This document shows positions 56,545 to 64,000 of a stretch of DNA of 64,000 bases, piece after piece. The notes under the pieces are model-generated. The model did not search any database. It saw nothing but the letters and a program-made list of their open reading frames with translations, and was not told the origin of the DNA. Source of the stretch: Chrysomallon squamiferum. Lineage: Eukaryota; Animalia; Mollusca. Location of the stretch: positions 1,054,001-1,118,000 of the forward strand of contig CM022666.1 of the NCBI GenBank assembly GCA_012295275.1, read 5' to 3'. Position numbers and translations under genes: made by a program. The first letter of the stretch is position 1. Each line of letters begins with the position of its first letter.

Positions 56545-56800
56545 AATAACGTCTCCTTCGTGAATTGATTCGATGCAAATTTGCACCGTTTCAGCAACTA
56601 GTCTGCCGCTTGTTAACACCCAATGTGTTTACTTTGCATATTCTGAAAACTTTAACTTGTCGCAAATTTGATTGGCTGCCATAGATTGGCTTTTTGTCCG
56701 ATCCTGCTTGTTGGAGGCTGGCAGTCATTTGCCAGCTTGTTCCTTTTCTTCACTCATCATTTGCCTGATTAGACCAACACTTTTGCTGCCAGTGTGTTTT
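56545..56800. promoter_or_regulatory. Candidate cis-regulatory module (octamer plus CCAAT boxes)
   Basis: ATGCAAAT at 56573-56580 overlaps the palindrome TGCAAATTTGCA. CCAAT at about 56621 and two ATTGG at about 56671 and 56685. Locally GC/CpG-enriched and repeat-free. Confidence 0.35.
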
Positions 56801-56834
56801 ATACAACATGTCTGAGTTTTGTTGGTTTTCAAAC

Positions 56835-56877
<43 letters not shown>

Positions 56878-57555
56878 AGTTTTTAAAATAAAAAAAAATT
56901 TAAAAATAAAATTAAAAAAATAAAGAGGAGAGATGGAGAATGATGCAACAGATGAATTCAGACATAAGTCGTTTGTTTCTGTTTTTGACGGATTGGAGGT
57001 TGTTGAAAAACGTGTTACTTGAACACTATTGGACAATTTGTTTACTGCAGGGTTTTTTTTTTTTGGTGTGTGTGGTTTTTTTTTTCTTCTTCTTCTTCTC
57101 TCTCTTCTTTATGCTCAGATTGATTTATTTGGCAACAAGATATGATGTTGAAGTAAGAGGGACGCAGACTTGTTAAGCTTTAACACTGTTAATTTGTCAT
57201 GTGCAGGTCAGAAATGGACTGGTCATTTTACTGTAATTACTATTGATCTACTTAATGAAGAAACAAACAGAAAGCTGTGAGGAATATGTTTAACAGCCAT
57301 TTGTTCCTGGAAAATATTTAATTTAGAAATATATATATATATATTCTTCTGAAAACTTAATTTATTTATGTTTTATAAAGTATTTGGAAATCTGGTTTTT
57401 TAATTGTTATCTTTTATGAAGAAGATTAAAAAAACCCCAAAAAAATTGTTCTAAAATGAAAAGGATTATGGTGAATTCTAAATGAGATTTTTAAGAAGAA
57501 AATGATGAATACAGAAAGAAATTAAATAATTAATAAACTTGAAAATAACAAATTC

Positions 57556-57586
<31 letters not shown>

Positions 57587-59629
57587 CAGAAACAAAGAAG
57601 AAAAAAAAGAAGAAAAATAAATAAAAAAAAGAAAGAGGAAAAAAAAAAAAAAAAGAAAGAAAGAAATTAAAAATAAAATAGTAAATTGTAGAAGACTGAA
57701 TTATATTTACCACCAGTGCAGGCAGGATTTCTCTGGTTGACAGAAGGAAGAAGAAGGAACTAAGAATTGTGTGAAATGAGAGGAGCTGAGATTATCTGAC
57801 GATGTTACAGGATTCTGTCTGATCGCACGGCACACTGAGCATAGATCACTCAGTGAACTGCTTTCCCTCACAAACACTCTTCCCAGGTAATTTCCTCCAT
57901 CGCCATGCCTCAGCCAGGCTTTCTCTGGAGAGGAGTTACACTGGTCTTATTTATTTGTTTTCTCTCTCTGTGTGTTTTTCACTTCTGACAGGTAGTGCTT
58001 TCTAGCTCTGTGGTTTCTCTTCATTAGGAAACATTCAGCCTGCAGTTTGACAGAGAGAGAGGGAAAAAAAAAAAAAAATTGTATCAAAGTGTTTGTGTTC
58101 ATTTTACAACACAGATTTTGTTTTCAATCTCTTCTTAAGGAAATATATATATATTTTTTGTACAATTTCAAGAAGGGAGATAGGGAGAAAGCAAAGAGAT
58201 TTTTATGAAAATATATCCACATGTAAATTCTCTAACCCTCGTTTGATGTGATTTTATCAGAAAACGTTCTGATTAGTATTTGAAGGATGGAGAGAAACGA
58301 GTTTGTTTAGAAGCATACGTGTGTGTGTGTTAATTTTACATTACTCCTCTTGTGTGATTTGTGTCCATTAACAAACAGTTTAAAGGATAGAGTTAAAGTG
58401 TGAATCAAAGTGTATGTGTGTTTTATAACCGTGGTCTCATTTCATTCTGTTTATTAGGAAATACTCTGCCTACAATTTATTGAGGGGATAAAAAAAGAAA
58501 GACATTCACATCAAAGTGTGTGTTGTGTTAGTTTTATAAGTCTGATATATTTCTGTCAACAAATTGAAGGAGAAAGAAAGGAAAAATACAAAACTATCAA
58601 AATGTGTATGTGTCTTATATTTATAACCCTGGTGCAATTTTGTTCGTTTTAAACATTTCTTTTTGTGGTTTAAAGTGGATTTAACCTCTCTGTGATTCAA
58701 GCCAAGTTTTTATTTAAAGATATATATGTATATATGTATATTTATTAGAAGGTGAGTTTAATTGCTTTGTGTTCGTTTGATTTGATATACAGCTAGATTT
58801 TTAAGAAGAGCAAAAAAAAAAATAAAAAAATAAAAAGCATATTATTTTTTATTTTTTTATTTAGTTTGCCTTTTCTGCCAACATAAACCATTTATTTTAT
58901 TTTTTTTTGTTTTATCTCGTCTTTGTGATTTATAAACACAAATATTTGAAAACTTATTTTTTTTAACAAAATGTTTACTTGTATTATGTTATTGTTTTGT
59001 TAACTTTTTTTTTTTGTTCATATATAAAATTTCAGTACATATCATTGTTTATTTATCTCAGTTCAAGGTAAAATGATCTTTTCATTGTGCTTTTTTTCAG
59101 TACATTTATTTTTAAAGATTCATTTTAATGTTTTGGCATAATATATAAAAAATATATTTTTTTTTAAGTTATAAAATCAATTTATTTATATTTTTTAATT
59201 TTATTTTTTAAGATTCAATTGAACACCTCTGTTAAACATGCGTATTGGAATTTTTTTACGTGTAAATTTCTGATATATATTATGTCAGGCCTTGTTGACA
59301 TATTGCTTACACAGTCAAACAGCAAACAAGTTCAGATAGAAAACAAATTTGTGTTACCGACTTGGTAAACAACAGCACAGTCCGTTACATGTTTACAAGA
59401 ATGAATCAGAAGGCATCAGATTCCAACCTCGATACTCAAAACACTCGCCCGTCGAAAAACAGAATCCAAAGCGATTTGGAATTACCTCCCTTGAATTAAT
59501 GTCATGGTTCTTTCACGCTATTTCTGGTGTAACTGTCCACGGAACACACTGACTTGCTGTATGAAGATCAAGCCGATTTCTGACTTAGACCTTAGTTCGA
59601 AACCCGCTAGCGGAAACCCAGATGACACT

Positions 59630-59785
59630 ATGAGCAGTAAGACTCTGGAAACGTACCTGCAGGGCAGACACGAGAGGGCGATGGTTCGACTCTGTGCTCT
59701 GCTGTGGATTCTGAAGCTGGAGGAAGACAAGATCCAGCGCCAGGAGGTGCCAAGCACGTCCCAGCAGGCTGGCTCAGATCACAAG
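59630..59785 (+). CDS. Candidate (alternative first) coding exon MSSKTLETYLQGRHERAMVRLCALLWILKLEEDKIQRQEVPSTSQQAGSDHK; product unidentified
   Basis: 38 of 52 codons end in G/C (hand count), the strongest coding signal I saw in the window. Start actATG has A at -3; in-frame upstream ATGs at 59561 and 59504 are possible. Donor AAG|GTTCGC (phase 0), or alternatively CAG|GTGTTT after 59793 (phase 2). Confidence 0.7.
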
Positions 59786-59864
59786 GTTCGCAGGTGTTTT
59801 TTTTTGTTTGTTTACAGGGTAAAATCAGAGAACAGATGTAGTAAGAGAATAGCATAACCAAACA

Positions 59865-60420
59865 GACATATATACACACACCTACACACACAGTTGCACA
59901 AACACAAGTGTTCCTAGACACATGCGCATATACACATACCTACATACACCTACATAAACACACAATTGGACAGTCATGAGTGTACCTACACACACACATA
60001 TCTAATCATACAACGCTGAATGCATAAACAGTTACAAATATGTGAAAAAGCTTTATGTGTGTTAAGACATACTTTATGTTTTCATAAACACATGGAGATG
60101 CAAACTAGCAGTGTGTACTAGATATTTATGTATTGATGAACAGACTCACATGCATATGCACAAGCATATCACACTTTCTTTCACATACACACATACACAC
60201 ATCCTCTTTCTCTCTTCTCACACACAAACACTTACATGCTGTTTTTCTCACAAACGCACATAGATACATACATACATGTCCTCTCTCTCTCTCTCACATA
60301 CATTCACACACATACACATACATGACATGCATATGTATAACAGCTCTGCATATAGATTTTGTTTTATTCCTCTTTTTTTTTGGAAAGAAAATGTATAAAC
60401 ACACACACACATACAAACTC
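59865..60420. repeat. Imperfect CA/CT-rich tract
   Basis: Degenerate (CA)n/(CATA)n sequence directly after the candidate exon. Confidence 0.8.
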
Positions 60421-61025
60421 AAATCATTCTTGAACAGTAAAATTCTCGTAAAAATCTTTGAAACCTTATTAAACAGAGCAGACCTTTGCCAGTGTTAGAA
60501 AAGAAAAAAAGATCAAAAGCAAACTCAGCATGTAAATATTTTTAAAATAAAGTTATGTCCTAAATATTGTTCTGCAAGATAGATTTTGTTTGGCATAAAT
60601 TAATTGCAACCATTATCTTTAAGATTCTACTTACCTTATAATTAAAGAAATTTATTAAACTTAAAGATGTTTAGGAGATAATGCAAATTTTTTTTTTTTT
60701 TTTTTTTTTTCTTTCTTTTTTTTTCCCACTCAAATGCAAACTGGTTTCATAAAAACTGTTACATAATTTTTTATCAAAATTAATTCAGTAGTCTTTAAAC
60801 TTGCTTTTTTTTTTTTTTTTTATTCTGTTTTTTTTTTTTTGGTAACAGAATTGCATATTAATCTTACTCAAATTACACATTTCCATTACCCCTTTTAAAT
60901 GGCATTGAATAAAGTGCACACTTCTATGCTAAAGAAAGACATGGACAAAAAAACAACATTGGCAGTTGTTCAAACTGTAAATCATAATGCTAAATCATAT
61001 AGTATGGATATATAATCATGTCTGA

Positions 61026-62024
61026 TTACAAATACAGCTTGAATAGATTATATATTGTGTGTGGTTACAAATACAGCTTGAATAGATTATATATCATGTA
61101 AAGGTTACAGATACAGCTTGAATAGATTATATATCATGTATGGTTACAAATACAGCTTGAATAGATTATATATCATGTAAAGGTTACAAATACAGCTTGA
61201 ATAGATTATATATCATGTAAAGGTTACAAATACAGCTTGAATAGATTATATATCATGTATGGTTACAAATACAGCTTGAACAGATTATATATCATGTATG
61301 GTTACAAATACAGCTTGAATAGATTATATATCATGTAAAGGTTACAAATACAGCTTGAATAGATTATATATCATGTAAAGGTTACAAATACAGCTTGAAC
61401 AGATTATATATCATGTATGGTTACAAATACAGCTTGAATAGATTATATATCATGTAAAGGTTACAAATGCAGCTTGAATAGATTATATATCATGTAAAGG
61501 TTACAAATACAGCTTGAACAGATTATATATCATGTATGGTTACAAATACAGCTTGAATAGATTATATATCATGTAAAGGTTACAAATACAGCTTGAATAG
61601 ATTATATATCATGTAAAGGTTACAAATACAGCTTGAATAGATTATATATCATGTAAAGGTTACAGATACAGCTTGAATAGATTATATATCATGTATGGTT
61701 ACAAATACAGGTTGAGTAGATTATATATCATGTATTGTTACAAATACAGCTTGAATAGATTATATATCATGTATGGTTACAAATACAGCTTGAATAGATT
61801 ATATATCATGTATGGTTACAAATACAGGTTGAGTAGATTATATATCATGTATTGTTACAAATACAGGTTGAGTAGATTATATATCATGTATTGTTACAAA
61901 TACAGCTTGAATAGGTTATATATCATGTATGGTTACAAATACAGGTTGAATAGGTTATATATTGTGTATGGTTACAAATACAGGTTGAATAGATTGTATA
62001 TCACACATGGTTACATATTCAGCT
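61026..62024. repeat. 39/40-bp minisatellite, about 25 copies
   Basis: Unit tacaaatacagcttgaatagattatatatcatgta(aa/t)ggt. Confidence 0.97.
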
Positions 62025-62037
62025 TTATCAATGAATA

Positions 62038-62069
<32 letters not shown>

Positions 62070-62501
62070 AATAACATTAAAGAAAAAAGTTAAAGATTTT
62101 CTAAATAAAATTAAAATCTCTTAGATTTTTCATTATGTACGGAAGACACGAATAATGATTTGTTCTTAGTGCTTGAACTTTGAAATAATCACTGGGAAAA
62201 GATTCAACATGATAATCATTTTCTACAGAACTAATAAATCAATTAGCTTCTCATTAACTCATCTCTGCGTCTGTCTCAGAGTTATGCTAAATCAGTAGCA
62301 AGTGTGGTCCAAGTACAATTAATTTAAAAACCTGTATGTACGCATGCATTTGTGTCTCTGTTTTTATACACATGTCAAGGAATGTGTTGATTTATGTGCA
62401 GGTTACATTGACCCAAACTTCAGTGTGCTTTGTTTTAGTTATTTGTATGTGTCAAGGAATGTATAACCAAAACCTAGATGTCTTTATTTTAGTATTCACC
62501 T

Positions 62502-62535
<34 letters not shown>

Positions 62536-62588
62536 AATAATAATAATAAAGTGGGTGGGAGGTTAAATATTAAAGATTTATTTGGTGC

Positions 62589-62623
<35 letters not shown>

Positions 62624-62950
62624 AAGTTGTTTTCTTCATAAAATATATCTCACTTGAGAGAATGTAAATCATATAGAGCTTAAAATGTTCTCTTTTTTCA
62701 TCTTCATCTTGTATTTTTTTTTTTTTTTTTTTTTTGTGTATGGAAAGGTTAAATTGTATTTGATAATGAGTTTTCTGAAGCCTGAGTGCAAAACCACCTG
62801 TTGTCTGTTAGAGTGTTCATCTGTGCTTCAGCCAGACATTCGTAAAAATTATCTTCCCATCTCTGTCTTGTTGGATTACTCAAGTGAAAAAATACACTGC
62901 CTCAGAAGGTTAAACCTACAATTCATTCCTGAGGGGGAAACAAAAATAAA

Positions 62951-63005
<55 letters not shown>

Positions 63006-63813
63006 TCCAAAAATAACCAATATATATATATATATAAATTTAGAAATGTAACAAAATCCAACAACAAATGTTTATAATTTTTCTCATAGCCTCTTGAATC
63101 ATTTTGGTAAGACATTTCTGAAGTAATCAGTTTCTGATGGTGTTAGTAAAATATATAAGAACTAATAATAATAATAATAATTTAAAAAATCATCAAAACA
63201 AATAGGTATGTTTATCATCAACCAGCCTCATATAAGAAATATAAAGATACTGTACAGTGTTTTAATATATTTTAACAATATATTGTTTATAAATGAATTG
63301 TATAGCCTCTTACAAGAATCTTGTAGAATGAAATTTAAAGGGTTTTTTGTCTAAATTAACAAGAATTTCATACTGTAGTATATAGGTAGTAATATATTTT
63401 ATCTTAATTAACAATATAGTTGTTATACAATAGGTAATAACCATCTATAAGTGTATTATACAATAGTAATAATATGTTGTGCAATAAGTAATGTATTGTA
63501 GTCCAAACAAGACATTTTCAAACTTTATTTGGTCAAAACACTTCTGGGACCTCTTCCTAAGGTTCAGGTCCCCATGCTTTAGAAGGATACAAAATGAAGA
63601 AAAAAATCCCTTAATTTACATTTTTGAGTGTGTAGCCCCTTTCTAATAATGAATGCTACCAAAGAATGCAGAAAATAGCTTCATGTAAAGATGTCATACA
63701 ACAGATAACTATATCTTGTAGTCTAAATTAACAAATTTAATTGAACAACTCGTTATGCTGTTCTCAAGTTATTTTGAGTAGTTTAATTAATTCTTTACAT
63801 TTTTTCTCTCCAG

Positions 63814-63854
63814 ATCAGGTTTGCCTGAGACAAGGACCCTGTTAGAGCTCAGTG
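63814..63854 (+). CDS. Possible 41-nt exon (xSGLPETRTLLELSx; phase 2 in, phase 1 out)
   Basis: Good acceptor ttttttctctccAG and moderate donor GTG|GTAAAT. Only one frame is open. Confidence 0.25.
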
Positions 63855-64000
63855 GTAAATTTTATGCATTAGATCAGCTCTGCATTGTGTGAAATCCTGA
63901 AGCGATGCAGTAAAACCAGTTTTGCATCACCAACGAGCATTTCATCAAAACAAATAGCGTCTTATCTAGACAAGGGGAATTATTTTGCGCTTAGAAATTC

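Noticed and set aside
59518-59921. Minus-strand ORFs over the GC-rich island, including a CAG|GTACGT donor on the minus strand
   Set aside because: Third-position GC bias fits the + strand frame, and there is no good minus-strand acceptor or start. Likely antisense shadow ORFs.
61673-62038. 121-aa ORF with a 13-aa repeat (RLYIMYGYKYSLN)
   Set aside because: It is open only where 39-bp units run uninterrupted; 40-bp units in the same array break the frame.

Overview
This is AT-rich (roughly 30% GC by eye) eukaryotic genomic DNA, dense in microsatellites, poly-A/T tracts and minisatellites. The style resembles a mollusc/cephalopod-type invertebrate genome, but that is inference only. I see no long CDS, rRNA/tRNA, CRISPR array or recognisable transposon ORF, and many of the ORFs in the supplied track are repeat artefacts. 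The window reads best as the 5' part of one very large plus-strand gene, mostly intron. Four short ATG-initiated segments each end at a phase-0 GT donor (14815-14889, 18740-18799, 39760-39918, 59630-59785), three of them with coding-like GC3 bias, and a fifth ends in phase 1 (8470-8494). Together they suggest an array of alternative first exons whose shared exons lie downstream of the window. I could not identify the gene. Other notable items are a 69-bp near-perfect hairpin built from complementary tetranucleotide repeats, a long-range inverted repeat at 48.1/48.9 kb, a perfect palindromic RFX X-box, candidate recursive splice sites, an AP-1-motif-rich minisatellite, and minisatellites with higher-order structure. 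All gene-structure calls are read by eye and need RNA evidence.
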